A stretch of 63,954 nucleotides of DNA, the filler included, from Acetivibrio sp. (GTDB taxonomy: Bacteria > Bacillota > Clostridia > Acetivibrionales > Acetivibrionaceae): NCBI RefSeq assembly GCF_035371925.1. It is 9 parts of 9 records of this genome, joined end to end, with 100 filler letters (N's around TTAATTAATTAA, not from the genome) between each part and the next. Parts side by side here need not be neighbours in the genome. Positions count along the whole stretch, not along the records: positions 16,792 to 24,410 come from NZ_DAORXT010000117.1; positions 24,511 to 32,126 come from NZ_DAORXT010000118.1; 7 more parts are not named here. The stretch is one strand, 5' to 3'. The notes under the pieces were generated by a model, which worked only from the letters and a program-made list of their open reading frames with translations, was not told the origin of the DNA and searched no databases. Position numbers and translations under genes: made by a program. Below, piece by piece: positions 17,986 to 27,860 of the stretch (position 1 is its first letter; each line of letters begins with the position of its first letter).

Positions 17986-20670
17986 TTACTTTGTCTCGTA
18001 CCAGTTGTTGCCCGATTTAACCTCAACAACCAGCGGTACCCTTAGACTTACGGCATTCTGCATACCTTCGGACAGAATCTTTTCGACCTCTTCCCGTTCG
18101 TCCTCGAACACCTCTACAATAAGTTCATCGTGAACCTGAAGTATCAGCCTGGACTTAAGCTTCCTCTTTTTAAGTTCACCATGCACCTTTACCATCGCAA
18201 TCTTGATAATATCCGCAGCACTTCCCTGTATCGGAGTGTTCATTGCAATACGTTCTCCAAAGGACCTTATGTTGAAATTGCGCGATTTAAGCTCCGGAAG
18301 ATACCTCCTTCTATTGAACATGGTGGTTACAAAACCTTTTTCTTTTCCCTCTTCCACAATATCATGCATGTATTTCTTTACGTTGGGATATCTGTCTAAA
18401 TAACTGTCAATATATGTCCTTGCTTCTTTCCTGCTTATCTTAAGGTCTTTGGCGAGACTAAAATCCCCTATTCCGTACACAATACCGAAATTGACAGCCT
18501 TTGCCCTGGATCTCATAATGGGAGTAACCTCTTCCTTCGGTATTCCGAAAACCGTTGCAGCTGTCGAAGTATGGATATCTTCGTTATTTAAAAACGCATT
18601 TATCATATTTTCATCATTGGTTATATGGGCCAAAACCCGAAGCTCAATTTGGGAATAATCCGCATCAAGGAGCCGGTAATTTTCATCTGAAGGAATGAAA
18701 ACCTTCCGTATCTTCCTTCCCATTTCAAGTTTTATCGGTATATTCTGAAGATTGGGCTCCGTACTGCTTATCCTTCCCGTCACTGTCACCGTCTGGTTGA
18801 AACTCGAATGAATCTTTCCTGTGTAAGGATTTATGACAGCTAGAAGTCCTTCCGCATAAGTGGATTTTAGCTTCATAAGCTGTCTGTATTCCAGTATTTT
18901 TTCCACAATTTCATGCCTGTCGGACAGCTCTTCCAACACTTCCGCATCGGTGGAATATCCCGTTTTGGTTTTCTTTATAACCGGAAGTCCCAGTTTTTCA
19001 AAAAGAATAACCCCCAGTTGCTTTGGAGAATTGATGTTAAACTCTTCTTGTGCCAAAGAGTATATTTCCTTTGTCACAACATCTATCTTTTCCTTAAGCT
19101 CTCTTGAAAACTCCACAAGGGCATTGACATTGACCTTAAACCCGTAATATTCCATATCCGCCAAGGTTCGAACCAGCGGAAGCTCAATATCATAATACAG
19201 CTCTTCCTGATTGTTTTCTTTAAGCAGACTATCTATTTTTTCGCTGACTTTGCTTATAACATAAGGATAAATACCTACAGTTTTTGAAAGAACATCGGGC
19301 TCAATATCCCGGTACAAAGTAAAGTTTTTGCCCTTTCCCGAAAGCTCCTCAACTGCCTTTACATTTAAGTTTAAATACTCTTGTGCCAGCTCGGATATTG
19401 TATAGGTGTCCTTTGACGAATTTATTATATAAGCTCCGATCATAGTGTCAAAGGCCAAACCGTTAAAGTCAATTCCCCGATTATTTAAATATACTATAAA
19501 GTTTTTAAAATCATGACCGTATTTTTTTATATTTTCATCCTCTAAGATGTCTTTAAACTGCCTAAAAAACTCATCCTCATCAATATTGTTGACAAAATCC
19601 AGATACCACGCTTCATCCTCCGCAGACGAAATTGCAACAGCAGTAAGCTTTTGCGAGAAATCTCCCGTTTTGTCAATCAAATAATAGATATAAACTTTTC
19701 CGTCTCTTTTGATATTGATTTTTAAGCCCTCAAGCTCATCAACGGTTTTTACCGTTTTAATATCAAGTTCTACACTGTCCTGGCTTTTAGCATCATTTAA
19801 TCCAAACTTGTCAATAAAGCTTTTAAATTCCAGCCTCTTAAATATCTCATAGGTCTTTTCCCTGTCAATCTCCACCATTTTAAGCTCTTCAATATCGCAA
19901 AGGGTCGGCATATTTCTTTCAATCTGAGCAAGTTCCCTGCTCATAAAAGCTTGTTCCTTAAAAGCCTCAAGCTTTTCCTTTATGCCTTTCTTTTTGATGC
20001 TGTCCAGCGAGCTATAGAGATTTTCAAGACTGTTATACTCTCTTATGAGGTCCAGGGCCGTCTTTTCGCCGATACCGGGTACGCCGGGAATATTGTCGGA
20101 TGCATCCCCCATCAAAGCTTTTACGTCAATAAACTGTTCGGGCTTAATTCCGTAATCTCCTACAATCCGGTTGTAATCATACTCCTCAACCTCAGTTTTT
20201 CCGCCTTTTGTTCTAGGAAGCTTAAGCTTTGTGGATGGTCCCACCAATTGAAAGGCATCCCTGTCCCCTGTAACCAATATTACTTCCATTCCCTTTTTTT
20301 CGGCGCACAGGGAAATGGAGCCCAATATATCGTCAGCCTCAAAACCTTCCATCTCCAGCCTTTTTATATTCATTGCATCCAAAACTTCCTTAAGCAAAGG
20401 AACCTGAACCCGAAGCTCATCCGGCATACCTTTCCTGTTTGCCTTATAACCTTCGTATTTATTATGCCTAAAAGTCGGAGCCTTAAGGTCAAATGCCACA
20501 CAAATGTATTGGGGTTTTTCCTCTTCAATAAATTTTTGAATTATATTTAAAAAACCGTAAATTCCGTTGGTATATGTACCGTCGGATGTTACCAAAAGCT
20601 CGCGAAGTCCGTAAAAAGCTCTGTTTAAAATACTGTTTCCGTCTATGGCCATTAATTTTTGTTTGCTCAT
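17986..20670 (-). CDS. polA: DNA polymerase I
   Basis: 5'-3' exonuclease IDGNS/EADD/GDASDNIPGV; polymerase motifs DYSQIELR, RAKAVNFGIVYG, LQVHDEL. Confidence 0.99.
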   Translation of the reverse strand: MSKQKLMAIDGNSILNRAFYGLRELLVTSDGTYTNGIYGFLNIIQKFIEEEKPQYICVAFDLKAPTFRHNKYEGYKANRKGMPDELRVQVPLLKEVLDAMNIKRLEMEGFEADDILGSISLCAEKKGMEVILVTGDRDAFQLVGPSTKLKLPRTKGGKTEVEEYDYNRIVGDYGIKPEQFIDVKALMGDASDNIPGVPGIGEKTALDLIREYNSLENLYSSLDSIKKKGIKEKLEAFKEQAFMSRELAQIERNMPTLCDIEELKMVEIDREKTYEIFKRLEFKSFIDKFGLNDAKSQDSVELDIKTVKTVDELEGLKINIKRDGKVYIYYLIDKTGDFSQKLTAVAISSAEDEAWYLDFVNNIDEDEFFRQFKDILEDENIKKYGHDFKNFIVYLNNRGIDFNGLAFDTMIGAYIINSSKDTYTISELAQEYLNLNVKAVEELSGKGKNFTLYRDIEPDVLSKTVGIYPYVISKVSEKIDSLLKENNQEELYYDIELPLVRTLADMEYYGFKVNVNALVEFSRELKEKIDVVTKEIYSLAQEEFNINSPKQLGVILFEKLGLPVIKKTKTGYSTDAEVLEELSDRHEIVEKILEYRQLMKLKSTYAEGLLAVINPYTGKIHSSFNQTVTVTGRISSTEPNLQNIPIKLEMGRKIRKVFIPSDENYRLLDADYSQIELRVLAHITNDENMINAFLNNEDIHTSTAATVFGIPKEEVTPIMRSRAKAVNFGIVYGIGDFSLAKDLKISRKEARTYIDSYLDRYPNVKKYMHDIVEEGKEKGFVTTMFNRRRYLPELKSRNFNIRSFGERIAMNTPIQGSAADIIKIAMVKVHGELKKRKLKSRLILQVHDELIVEVFEDEREEVEKILSEGMQNAVSLRVPLVVEVKSGNNWYETK

Positions 20671-20745
20671 CGTAGAAAACCTCTCAATTTTTGATTATCA
20701 TAAAGTAAATACTTTTCAATTCTGACTTCTCTAAATTTTATTGCT

Positions 20746-20958
20746 TTATCCTTCATTAGTAGGATTTCCCTTTATTGCTTGTTTATCCGTCAAGCATTTT
20801 ACCGATCGGTCATTATCAATAATTAAAGAAACATTTTCTCCTTTCGTGTACATTCTTTCGCCTTCCTTGACAGGAATGCTCACCTCAACGCCGCAATCAT
20901 CGGATACCAAAACAGCATATCCCTTTTCAATCCTTTTTACCACTGCATCTATAAGCAA
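20746..20958 (-). CDS. Small hypothetical protein, DUF3006-like
   Basis: IDAVVKRIEKGYAVLVSD...IP...GE pattern; lies upstream of polA on the same strand. Confidence 0.5.
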   Translation of the reverse strand: MLIDAVVKRIEKGYAVLVSDDCGVEVSIPVKEGERMYTKGENVSLIIDNDRSVKCLTDKQAIKGNPTNEG

Positions 20959-21084
20959 TTTTAACCATCACCTTTTTAAATTTTGTATTAAAATTTTGTC
21001 CGCTGAAGAAAAAAATCTTTCCGTATTTTAATGCAAAAAGTAAATAATGTGTACACAAGAGCATATACACAAATAATTGTACAC

Positions 21085-21116
21085 AAAAAAGGGACTGCCG
21101 TAAACAGCTGTCCCTT
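21085..21116 (-). terminator. Rho-independent terminator after the PilZ gene
   Basis: AAGGGAC..GTCCCTT stem with a T6 tract on the minus strand. Confidence 0.8.
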
Positions 21117-21174
21117 AATTTTTTATAATACTTAAAGCTCAAAGAAAATTTTTTGCATTAAAAACATTCAATAC

Positions 21175-21876
21175 TTATTTTAGACTGTTGGATACGAATT
21201 CCGCCTCATTGCACTCTAAACGGTAAATCAGCTTGTCAAGTTTGTCTTTGTTGATATCATCTATTCCAACAATTTCCAAACCATATTCGTTGTATATCTC
21301 CCTGTTTACAATCCTATTTATTTTTGCCTTAAATTCCAACGGTTGCGTTTTGTCAATTGAAGCACTTACAAACACATTTACAAGACTCTGGGGCTCGACT
21401 TCTTCTTTGAAAACCGCTCCCACACCCGTCATACTGATATTCTTGATTATGGCATATATACTGGCATCCGATCCCTTTGGGGAAAATCTTGCCTGAAAAT
21501 TGGCAAGGTATCTTTTGGCACTTCTATTATTCTTTACCCTGCTGACATTTTTTATTGTAACCTGCACCAACCACGGATAAGTTACCTCAAACTCACTTAT
21601 TATTCCATTAATAATATATTCATAATCTCCCCGCATAACCTGGCAAGAAACAACATCGCCTTTAAATACGTTATTCTTCAAAAACTCTTCAGGAATTCTA
21701 AAATAAATGCACTCGCCTTCAGTCTTTTGAATAACCGACAGAACCGGTTCGAAAATATAACTATGCTTAATGCTAATAACCGATCCCCGCTTGAAAATCT
21801 CTTCCTTTTCTTTAATAGACAGTACATATTCTTCTCTCTGAACCGGAATCCAATTAGACAGTTCGACATTCATCAT
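21175..21876 (-). CDS. PilZ domain protein (YcgR-like, c-di-GMP receptor)
   Basis: RSAKR (RxxxR) and NISMTG (D/NxSxxG) motifs in the C-terminal half. Confidence 0.85.
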   Translation of the reverse strand: MMNVELSNWIPVQREEYVLSIKEKEEIFKRGSVISIKHSYIFEPVLSVIQKTEGECIYFRIPEEFLKNNVFKGDVVSCQVMRGDYEYIINGIISEFEVTYPWLVQVTIKNVSRVKNNRSAKRYLANFQARFSPKGSDASIYAIIKNISMTGVGAVFKEEVEPQSLVNVFVSASIDKTQPLEFKAKINRIVNREIYNEYGLEIVGIDDINKDKLDKLIYRLECNEAEFVSNSLK

Positions 21877-22009
21877 TACGACCCCTCCTTAGACTTGTTG
21901 ACAGTTCAATCCTTGAAACAGATACGAAAAACCATAATGATGATGTATTCGACAAATAGCCTAAAATATCCTTCTTAATATGAAGAATTTTCTTTTTCTT
22001 ACACTAATG

Positions 22010-23008
22010 CTACTTCTTAAGTATTGTTATTTCAACTTTTTTGGGCTCATTCGGGTCATCTGTTTTTTCCTCAAAGGAGAGAGCATTTCCATATTCGTCC
22101 TTAAGTTTACTTACAAAGTTGTCGTATGCCGTATCATCGGCATTGAAACTCAAAACCTTCTTTTCTCCATCCGGGCTGGAAACGACAGAATCACTTGAAA
22201 AAGCCACTTCTATTATATCCTCAATAATTTCTATATTGCACGAACGGGCAATATTAATAATATTGTCAACTTCTTTTTCAATGTCCTTCGAATTGATTGT
22301 AATATATGCATCGTAAGCGGGTATACTGCCAACAGCAGCAATACCGTAAGAACCCGGCTCTTCCGAAGAAACTGCTTTTGAAGAAGGAGTAATTGAATAG
22401 GAAGAAGCATCTGCAAACTCGTTCGTCCCTTCCTTTTTGGAATTATCAGACCCGCCACTGCGTTTTTCGTTTGCAGCTTCCTCCGCCCCCTTGTTGAACT
22501 GAATCCCAGTACGGGGACTGCCATTATCTTCCGCCTGATTGGACTGGTTACCGTCATAGAAAACTGTTTCATCTGTTGCTTTGTCCTCGTAAATACCCAA
22601 CATCAACCCGCTGTTATTCTCCTTTGGAGCATTGCCAAGAAGCCCTCGGTTTATAATCAAGCTTCCTGCAACAAAAACCAAAACAAGTCCGGCAGCAATG
22701 GAGGACGCAAACCCGATAAACTTTTTCTTAAACGGCACAGTCTTTTTATTTGACTCATTGCTGTTCTTTTCTGCCACAAGTTTTTGATGAAGCTCCTCTT
22801 TAAATCCGGAAGGAAGCTCAACCTCCTCTATAGAGCCCAATGCACCGACAATTTCTTTTAGTTCGTAAAGCTCGCTTTTACAGCTTTCGCAAGTTTCAAT
22901 ATGCTCTTCGAACTCGGTTCTAGTTTCGCTATCCAGTTCATTGTCTATATATAAAGACATTAACTCAATTATTTCGCTACAGTTTTTCATTTCCAACCCT
23001 CCTTTCAA
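22010..23008 (-). CDS. Zinc-binding anti-sigma factor (zf-HC2, single TM)
   Basis: CSEIIELMSLYIDNEL...HIETCESC (HxxxCxxC), then a TM helix and an acidic extracellular region. The start may be the second ATG (MKNCSE). Confidence 0.9.
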   Translation of the reverse strand: MKGGLEMKNCSEIIELMSLYIDNELDSETRTEFEEHIETCESCKSELYELKEIVGALGSIEEVELPSGFKEELHQKLVAEKNSNESNKKTVPFKKKFIGFASSIAAGLVLVFVAGSLIINRGLLGNAPKENNSGLMLGIYEDKATDETVFYDGNQSNQAEDNGSPRTGIQFNKGAEEAANEKRSGGSDNSKKEGTNEFADASSYSITPSSKAVSSEEPGSYGIAAVGSIPAYDAYITINSKDIEKEVDNIINIARSCNIEIIEDIIEVAFSSDSVVSSPDGEKKVLSFNADDTAYDNFVSKLKDEYGNALSFEEKTDDPNEPKKVEITILKK

Positions 23009-23010
23009 TA

Positions 23011-23607
23011 TTATTTGACGTATTCCTCATCTATAAGTTCCTTTTTTTGTTGCAATATTTTTTTTAGAGCCTGCCGAGCCCTATTAATTCTCGACTTGAC
23101 CGTTCCCTCGGGACATTTTATTATTTGGGATATTTCTTCATAGCTAAAGCCTTGAATATCTCTTAACACGATAACCGTTCTGTACTCTTCGGACAACATA
23201 TTTATTGAGTCCTTCACAGCTCTTTTGAGCTCGTTATCCTCAGCCGTCAACTCAGGTCCCGGTGAATCGTCCTTAATCTGACGTTTTATTTCATTCCCGT
23301 TAAATTCTATGTCTTCATCCAAAAATACAACTTTTTTGTTTTTTCTTTTACGAATCTCATCGAGGCAGGCATTCGTTGCAACCTTATATATCCATGTATT
23401 AAAAAGGGAATCACCTTTAAAATTCTTTATCGATTTATATGCTTTCAAAAAAACTTCCTGTGCCAATTCACTGGCATCATCGTAGTTTCCCAGCATTCTA
23501 AAAGCAATGTTGAATACTTTCTTTTGGCAGCCTTCTATAAGCTGCTCAAACGCCTCAACATCACCCTTTTTTGCCCTGTCAATCAATTCTTTCTCGGAAT
23601 AACTCAT
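23011..23607 (-). CDS. ECF RNA polymerase sigma factor (SigW-like)
   Basis: DASELAQEVFLKAY, FNTWIYKVATN (region 2); YEEISQ..GTVKSRINRAR (region 4). Confidence 0.95.
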   Translation of the reverse strand: MSYSEKELIDRAKKGDVEAFEQLIEGCQKKVFNIAFRMLGNYDDASELAQEVFLKAYKSIKNFKGDSLFNTWIYKVATNACLDEIRKRKNKKVVFLDEDIEFNGNEIKRQIKDDSPGPELTAEDNELKRAVKDSINMLSEEYRTVIVLRDIQGFSYEEISQIIKCPEGTVKSRINRARQALKKILQQKKELIDEEYVK

Positions 23608-23845
23608 GCTACCAGCCTCACCTCCGGCTCAAAAATAATACACAACCAATTACTGCAAAAATAAAAAAAACTTAAAAACACCTCAGGTTTCTATTATACA
23701 ATTTTTTTAACAGAATTTGAACCAGTACAGGTTTTTTTTATATAAAAGTAATATTAGTTAATCACATATATTACCAAAGGTTTTTTTTATAATTTATAGA
23801 ATATACTTATCATTAGATTAGATTAAAATTAAAAGGGGTAGTAAT

Positions 23846-24289
23846 ATGATCAATACAATTCTAGTAATTGATGATAATGTTTTTGATAATGCCATTATCA
23901 AAAATTACCTTTACGGTGAAAGATACAGCATAGTTTCCGCTCAAAACGGACGCGAGGCTTTAGAGCTTATTGAAAGCCGCAATATTGACCTGATACTGCT
24001 TGATATAGTCATGCCGATAATGGATGGATATGATTTCTTGAAAGAGTTCTCAAAAACTTCTTATTATAAAGAAATTCCCGTAATTGTCGCATCCAGTCTT
24101 GACAATACGGAAAATATGGAAAAAATTCTTGAGTTTGATGTTTTCGATTATATTATAAAACCGCTAGAGCAAATCAATAAATTAATATTTTTAAACAAAA
24201 TAAAATCAGCTCTAAAATACAGAAATGTTCTTTTAGAGCTAAACAAAGCCACAAGGCTCATTAATCAGTTGTCAACCAAAGAAGCATAA
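23846..24289 (+). CDS. Response regulator (receiver domain with a short C-terminal helix)
   Basis: ILVIDD, LILLDIVMP.MDG, YIIKP. Confidence 0.92.
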   Translation: MINTILVIDDNVFDNAIIKNYLYGERYSIVSAQNGREALELIESRNIDLILLDIVMPIMDGYDFLKEFSKTSYYKEIPVIVASSLDNTENMEKILEFDVFDYIIKPLEQINKLIFLNKIKSALKYRNVLLELNKATRLINQLSTKEA

Positions 24290-24311
24290 ATCTGTTTATA
24301 TTTTTCCACAC

Positions 24312-24342
24312 AAAAGCACCAGCCGTATAAGCTGGTGCTTTT
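24312..24342. terminator. Bidirectional terminator (response regulator / rnpB)
   Basis: AAAAGCACCAGC-loop-GCTGGTGCTTTT. Confidence 0.88.
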
Positions 24343-24354
24343 GATATTTTACTA

Positions 24355-24410
24355 TTGAGTAAGTCTATAAGCCGGGTTCTGTATTTGATAGTCATCTATC
24401 TAGGCTATAT
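24355..24410 (-). ncRNA. rnpB: RNase P RNA, 3' end only (the rest is lost at the contig edge)
   Basis: Reverse complement GCCTAGATAGATGACTATCAAATACAGAACCCGGCTTATAGACTTACTC matches the conserved 3' motifs of bacterial RNase P RNA (cf. GCCUAGAUGAAUGACU...ACAGAACCCGGCUUAU). Confidence 0.92.
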
Positions 24411-24510
24411 NNNNNNNNNNNNNNNNNNNNNNNNNNNNNNNNNNNNNNNNNNNNTTAATTAATTAANNNNNNNNNNNNNNNNNNNNNNNNNNNNNNNNNN
24501 NNNNNNNNNN
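24411..24510. other. Artificial contig linker
   Basis: N run + TTAATTAATTAA + N run. Confidence 0.98.
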
Positions 24511-24534
24511 TAAATATTATACGAGGAGGGTTTT

Positions 24535-26997
24535 ATGAATATTAAACATTTGCTAGCTTTTTGTGTTTTTATTGCAGTAGTATTTACCTCTGCAATTGGA
24601 CCCGTGATGGTAGCTAATGCAGGTGCTCCTGACGGGTGGAGAAACCTTCCGGATTTTTATGTATTCAAAGATAAGTTCAGCGGTTGGGCCGGAAGTGGTG
24701 CAGACGAATTGGAAACGATAAATGGCAGTTTGCCTGTTGACACACAAGTTACATATGAAAATCTACCTTCTTTGAGACTTAATGTTAGAACAACGCTATC
24801 ATCATATTGGATGACGGTTATACTTTGTCTGGCTGAATGGAACTGCCATGATGTATCAAGATATGTTCCGAACGGATACCTGGAATTTAATGTGAAAGGC
24901 AAAAATGGAGGGGAGCAATTTTTAATCGGCGCGGTTGATCATGTCGCAGAACGTCCGTCAGGTGTTGAAAAGACTATAACCAAGCCGATAACAGATTATT
25001 GCACCATTACTACCGAGTGGCAGCACGTAAAAATACCTTTAAAGGATATTTTAGATCCGTCACTTGGCATGGACCCATATAATGCAAAGGCTATTGTTCT
25101 GGACAAAGTGAATTTGGATCCGTTTTGTGTTTGGATAAATCAGCTTAAAATAACTTCTCCCGATAAAGAAAATGCTTTTCCGGCTATTAAAGTAAATCAG
25201 GTTGGTTTTTTGGAGTCTTCTGAAAAATATGCCTTTGTCAGTGGATTTGAAGATGATTTTAATGCCACTGTCGGAACAGAGTTTCAGGTAAGGAGAGTTT
25301 CTGACGACTCGGTTGCTTATAGCGGACAATTGGTCCTCGTTGCGGATTATGACGCATATGATTCGGGAGAAAGGGTTTTTAAAGCTATATTTACCGACCT
25401 TAAAGAACCCGGTGAATATTACATTACAGTTAATGCAGAAGGTATAGATGCGTCTCCTAAGTTTAAGATAGGAAATGACATTTATAAATCTTTATTGGTT
25501 GACGCGTCAAGATACCTTTATTATCAACGTGCCAATATAGACCTTGAGGCTCCGTATTGTACCGATTACCCACGAAAAGATAAGACACCTCAGGATTTCA
25601 ATTGTGCCTTTGCCTCCAATCCATCGATTACAAAAGATGTGTCAAAAGGATGGTACGATGCCGGCGATCCCAATAAGTATGTAATTACCGGAGCACAAAC
25701 AGCATCAAATCTATTGAGTGCTTATGAGATGTACCCGGAAGTATTCTATGATAATCAAAATAATATTCCTGAAAGCGGCAACGGCGTTCCTGATATACTT
25801 GATGAGGTTAGATGGGAACTTGAGTGGATTTTGAAAATGCAAGATCCCGAAAGCGGCGGTTTTTATTGCTGTGTCACTTTTACAGACAACTTCTCAGCTG
25901 GCCAAAGGGTTATAATGGATAAAAAAGACAATATCGGAAATATAAAATCAACAAATGATACCGCAGCTGCCGTCGGGGTTTTAGCTCAGGCTTCATTGAT
26001 ATATTCGAAGTATGATCCAGCCTTTGCTAAAGAGTGTTTAGATGCTGCTAAAAGCGGATGGGCGTTTCTTCTACAGAATCCAGATAATATTAAAGCCCCA
26101 GGTGGATCTTATGCTACAGACAACGACGAATGTTCAAGGTTTTTCGCTGCAGCTTCTTTGTATAGGGCTACAGGCGATTCAAGTTGTCATGATTATGTTA
26201 AGTCAAACTATAAGAAAGTTTATTCAAGCGAATCCGGAGATGGTTCTTTTGGTTGGGAAAATGGATTTTTCAACTACATGAAAGCCAAAAACCGTGACAG
26301 TGATGTTGAAAGCTGGTTTAGAGATAGTTTTACCAAATGGGCAAATAATAAAATAAATAGAGTAAAAAACAATCCTTGGGGTAATGTAATTGAATACGGT
26401 AATTATTACTGGGGTACTAACAGTGTAATACTTGGTTGTCCTAGAGAAGTTTTACTTGGATCCGCCATTTTCGGGATGAATTCTGAGGAAGTTAATATGA
26501 TGGCTCTTTCTTCATTAAACTGGATTTTAGGTGCCAATCCTATGAGAAAGAGCTTTGTATCTGGGTATGGCGATGATTGCATTAAAGAAATATTCGACAC
26601 ATGGAGCCAGGACGGGTTACCGGGAATTCCTAAGGGAATTATGCCCGGAGGTCCTAATAAATATAATGGTGCAAACATATCGATATTTCCTGCCAAATGC
26701 TATATGGAAAGCGCCGCCGAATTTACAACAAATGAGCACACTACAGGTTGGAATTCCCTTCTAGTGTTTATGGCAGCATATGCTAACAGTATATCAACAC
26801 CAGCACCTCAAAAGAGTCCTGACTTAAACAAAGATGGAGTTATTAATATAGAAGATATTGCTTTAATAGTTAAGGTATTTAATTCGGTACGCGGAGATGA
26901 CGAGTATATTGCATCTTACGACTTAAACAGCGACGGTTCAATAAATATGGCAGATGTAATGATTATTGTTAATGTTTTTAATACTATCATCCCCTGA
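24535..26997 (+). CDS. Modular glycoside hydrolase: signal peptide-CBM30-like-Ig-GH9-dockerin (type II-like)
   Basis: GYLEFNVKG/WQHVKIPLKD (CBM30-like), IKVNQVGF (Ig), GWYDAGD and TNEHTTGWNS (GH9 catalytic motifs), C-terminal duplicated DLNKDGVIN/DLNSDGSINMADV. Confidence 0.9.
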   Translation: MNIKHLLAFCVFIAVVFTSAIGPVMVANAGAPDGWRNLPDFYVFKDKFSGWAGSGADELETINGSLPVDTQVTYENLPSLRLNVRTTLSSYWMTVILCLAEWNCHDVSRYVPNGYLEFNVKGKNGGEQFLIGAVDHVAERPSGVEKTITKPITDYCTITTEWQHVKIPLKDILDPSLGMDPYNAKAIVLDKVNLDPFCVWINQLKITSPDKENAFPAIKVNQVGFLESSEKYAFVSGFEDDFNATVGTEFQVRRVSDDSVAYSGQLVLVADYDAYDSGERVFKAIFTDLKEPGEYYITVNAEGIDASPKFKIGNDIYKSLLVDASRYLYYQRANIDLEAPYCTDYPRKDKTPQDFNCAFASNPSITKDVSKGWYDAGDPNKYVITGAQTASNLLSAYEMYPEVFYDNQNNIPESGNGVPDILDEVRWELEWILKMQDPESGGFYCCVTFTDNFSAGQRVIMDKKDNIGNIKSTNDTAAAVGVLAQASLIYSKYDPAFAKECLDAAKSGWAFLLQNPDNIKAPGGSYATDNDECSRFFAAASLYRATGDSSCHDYVKSNYKKVYSSESGDGSFGWENGFFNYMKAKNRDSDVESWFRDSFTKWANNKINRVKNNPWGNVIEYGNYYWGTNSVILGCPREVLLGSAIFGMNSEEVNMMALSSLNWILGANPMRKSFVSGYGDDCIKEIFDTWSQDGLPGIPKGIMPGGPNKYNGANISIFPAKCYMESAAEFTTNEHTTGWNSLLVFMAAYANSISTPAPQKSPDLNKDGVINIEDIALIVKVFNSVRGDDEYIASYDLNSDGSINMADVMIIVNVFNTIIP

Positions 26998-27051
26998 TGT
27001 TTATTAAATAATAATTATTTATCATGAGAAATATATATTTGCTTATACAAG

Positions 27052-27089
27052 AGAAAGTAAACGACAAGAATTTCTATCGTTTACTTTCT
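27052..27089. terminator. Hairpin between convergent genes
   Basis: AGAAAGTAAACGA/TCGTTTACTTTCT followed by T-rich sequence. Confidence 0.8.
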
Positions 27090-27174
27090 TTGTTTTTATA
27101 TAATTCACGAGAACTACACATAGTTCAGACCTAGTAATATTAATATCATGAACCAGTTTTGGAAATAATTAACA

Positions 27175-27798
27175 TTAGTGAAAAAGCTCCAAATCTTCTT
27201 CACTAAAACTGTTTTCATCAAAAGCAAATTCCACTTCTATACCCAAATCTCTGAAATACTCAAAAATCTCAATGGTCCTCTTTTTATATAGTCTAGCCAA
27301 AGTCGCATTTCTTTGAAATGGTCCAATCGTACCATAAGTAATAGTTTCACCATGTTTTCCCGTTTCATTTCCAAAAGCATCTGAGGCATAAACACCGACT
27401 CCAACATCTGCCTCACTTTCAGCGTACTGAGCAAATTTACTCCAGGATTCCTTTACGCTATCCTTTATGTTATCGTGACCTGCTTTTATTAATATATCAT
27501 ACGCATTATCCATTTCATTCTTCCAAGATTGCATATATAGAAACATTACTCTTCTTAAAGTAAATGAATTCACTTTTGATAACTTGTGTTCATCAAAAAA
27601 GTTATCTATTGGGTTATTTTCTATTATATCAACATTATCATTACTTACCTCTTTTTCCTCTTCTAGATTTAGTAATTGCAGATATGACAAAATACTTTCC
27701 TCTTCTTTTATTTTATGAATATTTGTGTTTTTTAAAATAAAATAAACATTTAATAGAAGACTAGCAATAAAAATTATATTCAAAATCTTTACTTTCAT
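27175..27798 (-). CDS. Hypothetical membrane-anchored/secreted protein
   Basis: N-terminal hydrophobic helix. SWKNEMDNAYDIL..W..FAQYAESE weakly resembles LprI/DUF1311. Confidence 0.6.
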   Translation of the reverse strand: MKVKILNIIFIASLLLNVYFILKNTNIHKIKEEESILSYLQLLNLEEEKEVSNDNVDIIENNPIDNFFDEHKLSKVNSFTLRRVMFLYMQSWKNEMDNAYDILIKAGHDNIKDSVKESWSKFAQYAESEADVGVGVYASDAFGNETGKHGETITYGTIGPFQRNATLARLYKKRTIEIFEYFRDLGIEVEFAFDENSFSEEDLELFH

Positions 27799-27860
27799 AT
27801 AGTTCTCCCGAAAGATTTTATATGCACAATTCTATACAATGTTTTTGAGGACGGATACGC

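Noticed and set aside
21905..21915. TTCAATCCTTG, an 11-nt match to the CRISPR repeat upstream of the PilZ gene
   Set aside because: A single short match is about what chance predicts in 64 kb, and there is no second repeat or spacer structure.
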